A stretch of DNA of 64,000 nt from Bacteroidetes bacterium HLUCCA01. Its GTDB lineage: Bacteria > Bacteroidota > Rhodothermia > Balneolales > HLUCCA01. The stretch spans positions 276,180 through 340,179 of the forward strand of contig LIHN01000001.1 in assembly GCA_001314545.1 (NCBI GenBank). Direction: 5' to 3'. The notes under the pieces were generated by a model. That model was not told the origin of the DNA and ran no database searches. It saw only the letters and a list, made by a program, of their open reading frames with translations. The translations under genes were made by a program, and so were the position numbers. This document shows positions 54,840-64,000 of the stretch, one piece after another; positions within the stretch are counted from its first letter, which is position 1, and each line of letters starts with the position of its first letter.

Positions 54840-55301
54840 TCAGGCCGTAGCTTCCTGACTTACCTCAGTATCATCGTTGAGCGTTCCGGCTTCAGCAGCT
54901 TCCTTGAAAGCCTGAAGTTCTGCCTGAAGTGTAGTAGAAAGGTTGGCAATAAATGCAGCTACGTCTTCTGAAGGATCACCAAAGAAGGTGCGGTAATCCA
55001 GACTGAAATCAACACGGGTACGGGTTCCGTTGTCCAGCGGTGTGAAGCGAATGGTTCCGGTCTGATTCAGGTTACCGTTGATGGTAATCCATGCGAAGCG
55101 GGTATTACGCAGATCATCAATTATGTTGGTTGTCCAGCGAAATTCTTCGCCGCCAATTTCCGTTACATATTCGAACGTCTGGGAATTAATCTTGTTAACC
55201 TGGTTAATCGACTTCATGAATTTCGGGAAATCAACCGGTGAGCTCATTAATTCATAAACCTTGGCCAGAGGCAGATTAACTTCGATATTTTCGTGCGCCA
55301 T
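54840..55301 (-). CDS. SRPBCC (START/polyketide-cyclase-like) ligand-binding protein
   Basis: ~150 aa: MAHENIEVNLPLAKVYELMSSPVDFPKFMKSINQV...WTTNIIDD...RFAWITINGNLNQTGTIRF, typical of SRPBCC. ATG 55301 is preferred over the track start at 55391. Confidence 0.7.
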   Translation of the reverse strand: MAHENIEVNLPLAKVYELMSSPVDFPKFMKSINQVNKINSQTFEYVTEIGGEEFRWTTNIIDDLRNTRFAWITINGNLNQTGTIRFTPLDNGTRTRVDFSLDYRTFFGDPSEDVAAFIANLSTTLQAELQAFKEAAEAGTLNDDTEVSQEATA

Positions 55302-55475
55302 AAGTAATGTTATGCTTCGTGGAGTTGTTAACTTTAACTTCGCGATGGCGATCACCGCTGAACGTACAGACACATGGTAATATGTATCCATAATTCACTA
55401 AAATTACGCAATTTTCCTTTCATCAACAATTTAATTTCAGTACCATTGTCAATTGTGCCCCATAAAAAGCTTTGC

Positions 55476-56828
55476 ATGTGCCGAGCAGCAGCGGTTTTAT
55501 CGCTAAGTTTTGTTTTTTTCTTTCTTGGTGCGTTCGGCTCCACCGGCAACGCCCAAACATCCTTTACCGGATTCCTGCGGCATGAAACCGGCGTGCAGCA
55601 CACCCGCTCCCAGGACGTGCTATTCTCGCGAAATATCATCCAGGCTGTTTTTTCATCCGAAAACGAGGATTGGACCATTCAACTGACTCCGTGGCTGGCC
55701 CAGCGTAATCCGTCGGGTGAAGCCATCCCTGCTGCCGATCTGCGAATAAGGGAAGCCTACGTTGGATGGGAGTCTTTCACATGGCAGATTCGTGCCGGCC
55801 GTCAGTTCATACCCTCATTATCGTCTTTCGCAGACCCGGGAAGCGATTTTTTTGTCCCGTATGATTTCTCCGAATTCCTCAGTCGCGACCCCTCCGATAT
55901 CGACCTGGGCGTCAATGCGCTGCGGGTGCAGCACTACAGACTCAACAACACCTTTGAACTCATCGCCATACCTGTTTTTCAACCGTCTACCCTTCCTGAC
56001 ATTGAATCACGGTGGAATATCATTCCGCTGGATGCCATCACCGGTGGTGTTGGTCAGCCAGTCATAGAAGAATCCAACCGTGACACAGACCGGCTGCAGT
56101 TCGGACTTCGCTGGTCTAACCGAACCTGGCTAAAATGGGATTTTAACGCCACTCTTTACAGCGGATATTACCCCCAACCAGCGTTTCGCAAGGAAGTTCT
56201 TTATGCTGATAATACCGGTTTACCAAGCGACATAGCGTTGAGCCAATCGTATGTGAACAGCACGGTCATCCTGCTTGAGACAGAATACCGAAGCAATCGT
56301 AACTGGGTTTCAGGAGCAGCATTGACCTATTGGTCAGACACGCCTACAGATACCTTCCCTGTTGCGCTCAGATCAGACACCACCCTTACATTGAATCAAC
56401 TGCTGGAAACCATCGAATCTTACAACCAAACTGCTTTTACCCGAAGCTCCGGGTTGTTCCAGGCCGCTTTTTTTGTCCAAAAAACCCTGATGGGCACGCA
56501 GTTCCGGCTCGGATACACTGCGCAACTGCTTGAAAACCATCAAAAAGACACACTGCAAGATTTCCTGTTTCAAAGCATCTCACTAAACGCATCGCGTCAG
56601 GAGCTCAATGACTATCTGCAAATGCTGCTGCTCGGTCGTTTTAACATTAATGGCAGGGACGCCTGGGTAAGCCCGCAATTGACGTATACCGTTTTTGACG
56701 GAGTGGCCCTGAGCGCAGGATCCCAATTTTTTATAGGAACCGAACCTGATCCTTTCTACGCACATCTCAGTTTCGCACCGTTGCGGCAAAATTCTTTTTC
56801 GTACCTGAAACTAACCGCGTACTGGTAG
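55476..56828 (+). CDS. Outer-membrane beta-barrel protein (alginate-export / DUF1302-like motif), function unknown
   Basis: Signal peptide MCRAAAVLSLSFVFFFLGAFGSTGNAQ. DLRIREAYVGWESFTWQIRAGRQ resembles the lrEAY...R.GRQ motif of alginate-export/DUF1302 barrels. The C-terminus is ...YLKLTAYW. Confidence 0.5.
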   Translation: MCRAAAVLSLSFVFFFLGAFGSTGNAQTSFTGFLRHETGVQHTRSQDVLFSRNIIQAVFSSENEDWTIQLTPWLAQRNPSGEAIPAADLRIREAYVGWESFTWQIRAGRQFIPSLSSFADPGSDFFVPYDFSEFLSRDPSDIDLGVNALRVQHYRLNNTFELIAIPVFQPSTLPDIESRWNIIPLDAITGGVGQPVIEESNRDTDRLQFGLRWSNRTWLKWDFNATLYSGYYPQPAFRKEVLYADNTGLPSDIALSQSYVNSTVILLETEYRSNRNWVSGAALTYWSDTPTDTFPVALRSDTTLTLNQLLETIESYNQTAFTRSSGLFQAAFFVQKTLMGTQFRLGYTAQLLENHQKDTLQDFLFQSISLNASRQELNDYLQMLLLGRFNINGRDAWVSPQLTYTVFDGVALSAGSQFFIGTEPDPFYAHLSFAPLRQNSFSYLKLTAYW

Positions 56829-56869
56829 ATGTTTGAACCGTTAACCATCTACCTTCAAACCCATGAATT

Positions 56870-59233
56870 GTGCGCGTAATTGCCGATTTCATTCTGGCAT
56901 ACCCCAGATTTATCCTTTCTGTCATCATTATCATTGCTATTTCGTCGGTTTATCCGGCCACACAGGTACAGACAGATTTCAATCTGGAAGGCTTCTTCCC
57001 GGAAGACTCCCCAACCATTGTTGATTATCAGCGACTCGCAGAGGAGTTCGGCCGAGATGACAATGCCATTGGTATCGCCTTCAAAGCGCCCTCTGTCTTT
57101 TCTGACTCTACCCTGCGGCATATAAAAGAAATTTCCGACCGACTTGCATCGATTCCGAACATAGAGCGTGTCAACAGCCTGTCATCCCTCACACGGCTGG
57201 AAGACAAACGTGGCATGCTTCAGACCGTGCCCTATGTGCAGTACGGTCGGGAGCGTGCGTTGCTATCTGAGCAGGCCAGAAGCGCACTGCTTGACGACCC
57301 GTTTGCGTCCAATCTACTGGTCAGTTCTGATGGCGGTGTTACCGCTATTTATATGGAAGTTAACGAAAAGGTTAACCGCTTTGACATCCGGCGGCAGGTA
57401 ATCAGTGACCTGAACCGTGTATTGGGTGAATACGCACACTTGTACGATTTCAACACGGCCGGCATCCCCTTCTTCCGTAACACGTATGTTGAATTGCTCA
57501 ACGCCGAAATACTCGTATTCGTAAGTATATCATCGGTTTTAATCATTGGCGTACTTTGGTTGATATTTGGCAACATCCGTGGCGTACTTGTCCCTATTCT
57601 GATTGTCTGGCTTACCATTCTATTCACTGTTGCCTTTATCGTTCTGACGGGTGGATATTTTGAAATCATGAGTTCCACCATTGCCCCCATTTTATTGTGT
57701 GTGGGGGTCGCAGATTCTATTCATCTGCTGATAAAATATCAGGATGCCCGTCTTACCGGGATGGCTCCCGGACCGGCCATTCGTGAAACGCTCATGATAC
57801 TGGGCAGCGCCACACTCCTTACCAGTATCACAACGGCCATTGGATTTGCTACTTTGGGAACTTCGTCGGTGGTTCCCATGCAACGATTTGGCTACTACAC
57901 CGCTGCCGGCGTATTGCTCGCATTCGTTATCACTATTTTCTTCCTCCCTTCTATTCTGCCGTACTTTCGTGATCTGAATACAAAAAAACCAGAATCGACC
58001 CGTTTTCACCACCTCACCGGACTTCTTCTGGAAAAGGTATACTACTGGGTTGTCCGCAATCACAAACCCATCGTGATAACCACGCTGCTCATAACACTTG
58101 TGTTCAGCTGGGGGGCTACATCGCTTAAAGTAAACGGCAAGATTTTTGATGATGTGGACGATGAACATCCGGTTATGCAGCAGAGCCAGTTCTTTACGGA
58201 TAACTTAAGCCCGCAATTCCCGCTTGAGTTTGTCATCGATACACAACGGGCAGACGGAGCTCTCAATCCCGATTTTCTGCAACGGGTAGCAGAACTCGAA
58301 AACCGACTTCATTCCATACCGGAAGTAGCCCGCACTACATCGATTACCACTATACTCACGCAGGTGAACAAAACCCTCACCGGAACTGCGGCGCTTCCGC
58401 TCAATCAGCAGACGGCGGCCCAATATATGCTGCTGCTGGAACTGGCAGATACCAGGGAATACGAACGACTCGTAAACTTTGACTACAGTACGGTTCGTGT
58501 GGCCGCCAATATAGAGGATGCAGGATCGTACCGGATCAACCAGATTCGGGATGAAATTGAACCATGGCTCCGGGAAAACTTCCCGGATGAACGTGTGTTG
58601 ACAACCGGTACCTCCATACTGGTTGGCGACATCACCCAAAATATTGTCGGTTCACTCACATGGAGCATTGCCCTGGCCTTCCTGTTGATTGCAACCCTGA
58701 TGGGCTGGCTGTTCAGAGACCTCAAACTCGTGCTCATCTCCATACTGCCCAATATTATCCCGCTGATGATTATGGCTGGAACCATGGGATTTCTTGGCAT
58801 TGATCTGAAACCTTCATCGGCCGTAGTCTTTACTATTGCTTTTGGAATAGCCGTTGATGACAGTATTCATTTTTTGGCAAGATTGCGTATTGAACTCTCC
58901 CGCCATCAAAACATGAACAAGGCGCTGGCGATTACTACCAAACGAACGGGCAGAGCTATTGTACTAACCAGCATTATCTTATTGATAGGATTTGGCATAC
59001 TGATTACAAGCGATTTCACCTCAACGCTTCTGATGGGGGCCCTGGTCAGTCAGGCCATTTTCACGGCTTTGCTGGCCGACATTTTTTTCCTGCCGGCTTT
59101 TTTATACTGGCTGAACCCGCGTCTTGGAACAAGATCAGGGTTTATCGACTCAGATATTCCCTTGCCTGAGCCCAGATTTGATCATGAATTAAAGCAACAT
59201 CCAGTTCTGCATCCACCGTCCGAAAACGCTTAA
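56870..59233 (+). CDS. RND-superfamily MMPL/COG1033 exporter (HpnN-like), 12 TM
   Basis: Two homologous halves, each with a large loop plus 5-6 TM, carrying GVADSIHLLIKY and GIAVDDSIHFLARL motifs. The GTG start follows an in-frame stop. Confidence 0.8.
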   Translation: MRVIADFILAYPRFILSVIIIIAISSVYPATQVQTDFNLEGFFPEDSPTIVDYQRLAEEFGRDDNAIGIAFKAPSVFSDSTLRHIKEISDRLASIPNIERVNSLSSLTRLEDKRGMLQTVPYVQYGRERALLSEQARSALLDDPFASNLLVSSDGGVTAIYMEVNEKVNRFDIRRQVISDLNRVLGEYAHLYDFNTAGIPFFRNTYVELLNAEILVFVSISSVLIIGVLWLIFGNIRGVLVPILIVWLTILFTVAFIVLTGGYFEIMSSTIAPILLCVGVADSIHLLIKYQDARLTGMAPGPAIRETLMILGSATLLTSITTAIGFATLGTSSVVPMQRFGYYTAAGVLLAFVITIFFLPSILPYFRDLNTKKPESTRFHHLTGLLLEKVYYWVVRNHKPIVITTLLITLVFSWGATSLKVNGKIFDDVDDEHPVMQQSQFFTDNLSPQFPLEFVIDTQRADGALNPDFLQRVAELENRLHSIPEVARTTSITTILTQVNKTLTGTAALPLNQQTAAQYMLLLELADTREYERLVNFDYSTVRVAANIEDAGSYRINQIRDEIEPWLRENFPDERVLTTGTSILVGDITQNIVGSLTWSIALAFLLIATLMGWLFRDLKLVLISILPNIIPLMIMAGTMGFLGIDLKPSSAVVFTIAFGIAVDDSIHFLARLRIELSRHQNMNKALAITTKRTGRAIVLTSIILLIGFGILITSDFTSTLLMGALVSQAIFTALLADIFFLPAFLYWLNPRLGTRSGFIDSDIPLPEPRFDHELKQHPVLHPPSENA

Positions 59234-59750
59234 GCTGGGCTGCCAAAACGTCAAAACCATTAATTACACGTTGGTAAAAGATATCGCCTGACTGCTCCAT
59301 TCTGTCGGACACATCCAGTTGCATGCGTTTTTTAGAGGTATCTCGCGAAATTTTCAGATAGAACGTCAAATCAGGCTCAAGTCCGTGTGAAGCGATGGTG
59401 TTTATACGGTCCAGTGTTTCCAGGGCAACAGCACCACGACCATAACCCTGATAAGCAACGGTTGAATCATAAAATCGATCCAATATTACAACAGCACCCT
59501 GCTCCAGCAGTGGTTTGACCGTTGAAGCAATCAACTGCGATCGGGCCGCTGAAAACAAGAGCAGTTCACTCACCGGATTGATATCCATTTCCGGGTCCAG
59601 AAGCATCAGACGAATTTTTTCTGACACTGCAGTACCTCCAGGCTCCCTGAAAACACGCACAATCCTGCCAAAAGCTTCAATTTTTTCTCGAAGTAAAGAA
59701 ATTTGCGTTGTCTTGCCGCTACCGTCAATTCCTTCAAAAGTTATAAGCAT
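59142..59750 (-). CDS. tmk: dTMP (thymidylate) kinase
   Basis: MLITFEGIDGSGKTTQ P-loop, REPGGT, and DRFYDST. Confidence 0.95.
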   Translation of the reverse strand: MLITFEGIDGSGKTTQISLLREKIEAFGRIVRVFREPGGTAVSEKIRLMLLDPEMDINPVSELLLFSAARSQLIASTVKPLLEQGAVVILDRFYDSTVAYQGYGRGAVALETLDRINTIASHGLEPDLTFYLKISRDTSKKRMQLDVSDRMEQSGDIFYQRVINGFDVLAAQLKRFRTVDAELDVALIHDQIWAQAREYLSR

Positions 59751-59752
59751 GA

Positions 59753-60361
59753 CTATAATGCTGCAGGTTTAGTTTCTTTGGGTAAAATGACACCAAGCGC
59801 AAAATACAGCAACACCGGCGAACCGTAGGCAAAAAAGAGACTGGCGATAAACGCTATACGAACCAATGTTGAATCAAGTCCAAGGTACCTGGCAATCCCC
59901 CCGCAAACACCGAGTAACCGGGAATCAGTTGCTGAGCGGGTTAACCTTTTGCGTTGAAGCAAGGCAAACTCTTCAAGCTTTGATTCTTTCTCATTACTTT
60001 GCTGCTCAACATTGCGCGATGTATTATTTCTCGACTTTTTTTTACGGCTGGATTTACGATCGCCTGAAAAATATCCCATTCCGATGAGCAGCACCATCAC
60101 ACCACCTACCAGAGGCAGGTACGTCAACAGGGCATCCGTCTGCAACCCCAAAGGAATAATGGATTGCAATACCGCAACAAAACCGACAATCAAAAATGCC
60201 AGTCCAGAAATAGTGATCAGATTAAACAAACCCGGAGTTCCCCCTGACGGCTTTTCAGCCTCCAGGTAACGTTGCAGTGTAGATTCTAAGTCAGCCTCGT
60301 TGACATTAAAGATGTCATCGGATTGCAATCCTGATTTTGACTTGGTGTGATAGTCTGCCAT
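59753..60361 (-). CDS. PspC domain-containing membrane protein
   Basis: C-terminal RLTRSATDSRLLGVCGGIARYLGLDSTLVRIAFI is a PspC domain. Two upstream TM segments and a K/R/S-rich linker. Confidence 0.75.
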   Translation of the reverse strand: MADYHTKSKSGLQSDDIFNVNEADLESTLQRYLEAEKPSGGTPGLFNLITISGLAFLIVGFVAVLQSIIPLGLQTDALLTYLPLVGGVMVLLIGMGYFSGDRKSSRKKKSRNNTSRNVEQQSNEKESKLEEFALLQRKRLTRSATDSRLLGVCGGIARYLGLDSTLVRIAFIASLFFAYGSPVLLYFALGVILPKETKPAAL

Positions 60362-60378
60362 AGTTCAACTTAGTTAAT

Positions 60379-60951
60379 TCATGTATCTGCAACTATACGC
60401 AGGATACCAGACTCAGTTACCAGCACATCAAGCTGCTCATCATGAGGCTCAATGGGTATATCACTGACAAGACAACAGTCCGGACAAAGTCCCACACGTA
60501 GTCCGCTGGCCCCGGCTAAAAAGCGGTCATAGTAGCCTTTCCCATACCCGATCCGGTTACCATATCGGTCAGCTGCCAGCAGCGGCACAATAATAACATC
60601 GGGTTCGTTCATATAGTCAGGTGATACTACCACGGGTTCCGGAATACCCCAGTCGGTAAAGCTGAATACCGTGAACTGATCAACGACAACCGCCTGCATG
60701 AGGCCGCCCGGATAGGTAATCGGAACGGCCAGGGGATATCCGTTATCAAGACAGTGTTTAAAAATAGAATCCGTGTCAATTTCGCGTTGCTTCACAGACG
60801 ATCTATACAAAAACACACCCGCGTTTTTATATTCTCCGAGCAGTTTTATACAATTCAGTGCGATTTGGCTACTCAGTTCACTCCACTGTTTTTCTGACAG
60901 GGAATTCCTCAGCTCACGACAGCGGCTTCGAACCTGAGTTTTTGAGCGCAT
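60379..60951 (-). CDS. 5-formyltetrahydrofolate cyclo-ligase
   Basis: IIVPLLAADRYGNRIGYGKGYYDRFL signature. Its start overlaps the bshC stop as TAATG. Confidence 0.85.
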   Translation of the reverse strand: MRSKTQVRSRCRELRNSLSEKQWSELSSQIALNCIKLLGEYKNAGVFLYRSSVKQREIDTDSIFKHCLDNGYPLAVPITYPGGLMQAVVVDQFTVFSFTDWGIPEPVVVSPDYMNEPDVIIVPLLAADRYGNRIGYGKGYYDRFLAGASGLRVGLCPDCCLVSDIPIEPHDEQLDVLVTESGILRIVADT

Positions 60952-62558
60952 TATACCTTAAATATTATATGCTTGTCTGTATCTATCTCCGTACAACTCT
61001 CAATGATACGGTCGATTATACCAAATCCGTATTTATTCAGCAGATATATAGATGCCAGTTCACGCTCCTGAAGATTCATCTGTGGAAATAGCGCATTTTG
61101 CACTTTCTGAATCCGCTTTAACTGAACTTCCAGTCGGTTTTTTTCTGACTTGACCATCTTCTTTGTCAAAGAGTGTACCGTGTTGATCTGCTCTTGTCGG
61201 ACGCGGTCCAGCGATGCAGAAAGCGTAGAATCGAACTGAGCCACGGCCTCAACCCGTGCTGCTGCCAGGGATTCGATTTCAGAGATCCAACGATCGGAAA
61301 ATTTTTGAATATCCAATGATTGGTTTTGCTTTACATACGCCTGTTGAAGATCCTCGACCCTGCCGAGGTAATCTTCCATAGTAAAAGGGAGCTCTTCCAG
61401 CAACCGGTCAATATTCTTTTCTACAACAACGGCACTTAAGCGTGGAACGATAACCGGCATAGCCATACCTAACGCCTGATACATGGCTTTCATCTGTGCG
61501 TAATAGGCAATTTCACCAGGTCCGGCTACATAGGCAATATTGGGGAGCATCAGGTCCTGCATGACTGGACGCATAAAAACATTCGGGGAAAAGCGCCACG
61601 GTTGTTCAGCAGCCAATGCTTCAAGCTCATCTCGGCTCATCGACAAATCGTTGAAGCTCCAATAATCATCATGACGCTGTAATTTGACCCTGAAACCATT
61701 TTCATCCAGCAGAAACCAATTAGACCGACCAACGTTGGCTTGTCTGTGGTATAGTTTTTCAAGTTTCTCAGACTGCAACTCCAGTGCCTCATACAATGCA
61801 TCCGCGGAATGCAGGAGGTGTACAATGTTATCGGACAAAAACACTTTCGCTTCCCGCGTTGCCGAGCCGGCCAGCACCAGTCCATAGGCACTAAACAAGC
61901 GCTGAATCAACAACCCGAATGCCTGGGCATGGGTTTTCCCCGGCGCATAGGCCTCGGTTAGAAGCTCAGAAACCTGACCTGAAAAATCACTCTCAGGAAG
62001 TAGTTCAACGACATGCTGAATGAACTGCAACATCCGTTCGTCCACGGAAATATGACCGGCTGGTTTTCCTGTATCAGGACCTTCTTCGGTTACCAGTTTT
62101 TGCCATTGCCCCCGGGATGGAAAGCCAAGCGTTGCGATTTCCTGGAAATCGTGGTCCTCATCAGCCAGCCAGAACACCGGTATTACAGGTCTGTTCAGTT
62201 CATCTTGCAACTTCCGGGCCTGTATAATAGTGGTTGCAATTTTATAAAGTGTAAACAGCGGCCCTCCCCCCACCGTAAGCTGCTGACCGGTAACCACCGT
62301 CAATGAAGTATGGTTGGTCCGCAGTTGATTTAAATTTTCCGCCACAGCGGGGATGGAGGTGTCATTTAATAAGTCCAGCACCCGCACCAGCTCTGAGCGG
62401 TCTTTATTGAAGGCCATCTGTTCGGCCTGCAGGGCAAATGACGCCGGACTGAACGGATTATGGGAGAAAAAATTCCGAATTTCTGGTTGACCTTCCACAT
62501 AATCACAAAATAACGTGCCGAACGGCAATCCACGAAATGTTCGTTGACTAATCTCCAC
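60951..62558 (-). CDS. bshC: Bacillithiol biosynthesis cysteine-adding enzyme BshC
   Basis: VVTGQQLTVGGGPLFTLYKIATTI, FWLADEDHDF, ~535 aa. GTG 62558 ((M)EISQRTFRGLPF...) is preferred. The track ORF extends to 62633 and would overlap the upstream gene by 86 nt. Confidence 0.8.
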   Translation of the reverse strand: MEISQRTFRGLPFGTLFCDYVEGQPEIRNFFSHNPFSPASFALQAEQMAFNKDRSELVRVLDLLNDTSIPAVAENLNQLRTNHTSLTVVTGQQLTVGGGPLFTLYKIATTIIQARKLQDELNRPVIPVFWLADEDHDFQEIATLGFPSRGQWQKLVTEEGPDTGKPAGHISVDERMLQFIQHVVELLPESDFSGQVSELLTEAYAPGKTHAQAFGLLIQRLFSAYGLVLAGSATREAKVFLSDNIVHLLHSADALYEALELQSEKLEKLYHRQANVGRSNWFLLDENGFRVKLQRHDDYWSFNDLSMSRDELEALAAEQPWRFSPNVFMRPVMQDLMLPNIAYVAGPGEIAYYAQMKAMYQALGMAMPVIVPRLSAVVVEKNIDRLLEELPFTMEDYLGRVEDLQQAYVKQNQSLDIQKFSDRWISEIESLAAARVEAVAQFDSTLSASLDRVRQEQINTVHSLTKKMVKSEKNRLEVQLKRIQKVQNALFPQMNLQERELASIYLLNKYGFGIIDRIIESCTEIDTDKHIIFKV

Positions 62559-63201
62559 GTTGACCCCTGAGTTTCTCAATCTCATCGCGCAGGCGGGCAG
62601 CCAGCTCATAATCTTCTGCTGAAACGGCCTCATTCAGATTCTTCTCGAGTAAATCAAGTCGCGTTTTGTCCGATTCAGTTTTTCGAACGGCCTTTTCAGC
62701 AGGGGTGGATTTGATGACGGTTCTTTTGGTCGGTGCGGCAGGAGCGGCAGATGGTTCAGCGTCTACTCCGGCTTCCCTGAGCACCTCGGCGGTTACAAAA
62801 ATCGGTGCTTCGAAACGGATGGCCACCGCAATAGCATCACTGGGTCGGGAGTCAACTGAAATTATTTCACCATTTTTTTGAATCAGTATCCGTGCGAAAA
62901 ACGTGCCGTCACGCAGGTCATTGATCTGCACTTCGTTCAGACTGCCGTCAAAAGACTGAATAATATGTTTTACCAAATCGTGCGTCATCGGTCTTGGCGG
63001 TTTGATATGCTCAAGCTCAAGTGCTATAGCCTGGGCTTCGTACGTTCCTATTATGATGGGCAGCCGCCGGGTACCGTTAATTTCATTGAGAATCAGTGCA
63101 TAGGCTCCGCCGCTACTGGGGCTGGTGGATAACCCTAGAATTTCTACCTGGACCTTTTCCAATCGTAAAACTCCCGTTTTCAGTTCGTATTTGGAATGCA
63201 T
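62548..63201 (-). CDS. Bifunctional nuclease (DUF151/BFN) family protein with C-terminal UVR motif
   Basis: ILNEINGTRRLPIIIGTYEAQAIALELEHIKPPRPMTHDL...SVDSRPSDAIAVA is the BFN domain. The C-terminal AEDYELAARLRDEIEKLR is a UvrB/UvrC motif. Confidence 0.8.
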   Translation of the reverse strand: MHSKYELKTGVLRLEKVQVEILGLSTSPSSGGAYALILNEINGTRRLPIIIGTYEAQAIALELEHIKPPRPMTHDLVKHIIQSFDGSLNEVQINDLRDGTFFARILIQKNGEIISVDSRPSDAIAVAIRFEAPIFVTAEVLREAGVDAEPSAAPAAPTKRTVIKSTPAEKAVRKTESDKTRLDLLEKNLNEAVSAEDYELAARLRDEIEKLRGQRGD

Positions 63202-63380
63202 AACTAAACCGGCAAGCCAATCATTCACTGCCCGGTCTTGTACCACCCAATGTTACGCAATTTTGACCAATGAATCTGTCGCCCGTAATGCAAATACGAT
63301 GAACTTTCCCCCTCCAGTCACCCGCATAAATTCAGCTAAGTGAATATCCAGTCTAAACAAATAAAGAATGGCCGCTTTAA

Positions 63381-63411
63381 TTGACATTTCACGCAGATGA
63401 CCCTAATTTTG
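63381..63411 (+). promoter_or_regulatory. Predicted nuo operon promoter
   Basis: TTGACA (63381-63386), a 17-nt spacer, TAATTTTG (63404-63411), located 27 nt upstream of the nuoA ATG. The track used the -35 TTG as a start codon. Confidence 0.55.
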
Positions 63412-63437
63412 CGCATCTTAAAACACACCCGACAAAC

Positions 63438-63827
63438 ATGTTCGAATTATACTTTCCCATTCTTCTTTTGCTGGGTCTCGCCGTTGTGCTGGCCCTGGCG
63501 CTCATGCTGCTGTCACGGTATCTGGGACCACACAGACCCAACAAACCAAAACTCATGCCTTATGAAAGCGGCATGGACCCCTACGGACAAGCCAAAGATC
63601 GCTATTCCGTGAGCTTCTTCCTTGTGGCAGTTGAGTTTATCGTATTCGATCTGGAAGTCGTATTCATCTACCCATGGGCTGTAACCTACCGTGATCTCGG
63701 GCCGGAATCATTTTGGTCGATGATGGTGTTTATAACCATATTGCTGCTGGGTCTGATTTATACCCTCAAAAAAGGCACATTGGACTGGGATTCAAAGCCA
63801 CAAACAGCCTCTGCAGCTCAAAAATAA
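63438..63827 (+). CDS. nuoA: NADH-quinone oxidoreductase subunit A
   Basis: MFELYFPILLLLGLAVVLALALM...YESGMDP...FFLVAVEFIVFDLEVVFIYPWA. Confidence 0.9.
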   Translation: MFELYFPILLLLGLAVVLALALMLLSRYLGPHRPNKPKLMPYESGMDPYGQAKDRYSVSFFLVAVEFIVFDLEVVFIYPWAVTYRDLGPESFWSMMVFITILLLGLIYTLKKGTLDWDSKPQTASAAQK

Positions 63828-63852
63828 TCAGTAATCAACCTCTCCACACACG

Positions 63853-64000
63853 ATGAGTATGGATAATACCCTTGGCGGTGACGGATTTCTTACAACCAAA
63901 CTGGACGCATTGGTAAACTGGGGCCGCTCCAACGCTCTGTGGCCAATGCCTATGGGACTTGCATGCTGCGCCATTGAAATGATGGCATTCGCCGGGCCTA
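63853..64000 (+). CDS. nuoB: NADH-quinone oxidoreductase subunit B, N-terminal fragment (runs off window)
   Basis: My own translation: [49 protein letters not shown]. The W(P)..[11 protein letters not shown] block is diagnostic for NuoB. Confidence 0.85.
   Translation, partial: MSMDNTLGGDGFLTTKLDALVNWGRSNALWPMPMGLACCAIEMMAFAGP

Noticed and set aside
55352-55678. A 108-aa minus-strand ORF in and beyond the SRPBCC / OM-barrel divergent region
   Set aside because: It overlaps the signal-peptide-encoding 5' end of the barrel gene on the opposite strand and has no motifs. It is probably a chance ORF.

Overview
The window is a dense, mostly housekeeping chromosomal segment. About 60 protein genes could be called. 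By eye I found no rRNA, tRNA, CRISPR array, transposase or integrase. Three proteins end in a type IX secretion (T9SS) C-terminal sorting domain (NYPNPFNP...), bshC (bacillithiol) is present, and promoters look like TTGAC-N17-TAATTTTG. Together these point to the Bacteroidota/Rhodothermota/Balneolota (FCB) group; this is an inference, since no search was run. Contents in order: murA 3' end; an RNase E/G gene with a long disordered tail, followed by hslVU; an S41 peptidase; a tight minus-strand operon EVE - long-form dCTP deaminase - BFD-like 2Fe-2S protein - rsmE - secreted CotH kinase; a 5'-nucleotidase; an M1 peptidase; an aminotransferase; an alkaline phosphatase; anmK; a threonine-synthase fusion protein; an orphan response regulator; bioB; and a 13.5-kb co-directional array trpL-trpE-trpS-trpGDCFBA - DUF4837 - bioF-H-C-D-A. 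After that come a four-gene envelope operon (lipoprotein, BNR propeller with T9SS tail, two PorV/PorQ-like barrels), pssA-psd-rseP-dxr-HDAC-pgeF-aroE, an SRPBCC / OM barrel / MMPL exporter locus, tmk-pspC-5FCL-bshC-nuclease, and nuoA-nuoB. The best-supported new observation is a textbook ribosome-mediated trp attenuator: a WWW leader peptide with mutually exclusive hairpins, probably translated from a leaderless mRNA, and also controlling an embedded trpS. The most system-like candidates for novelty are the lipoprotein/BNR/PorV-like operon, the barrel+MMPL+SRPBCC locus, the ThrC-LeuA_dimer fusion and the EVE-DCD operon. All functional calls rest on motif recognition in the supplied translations, not on database searches.
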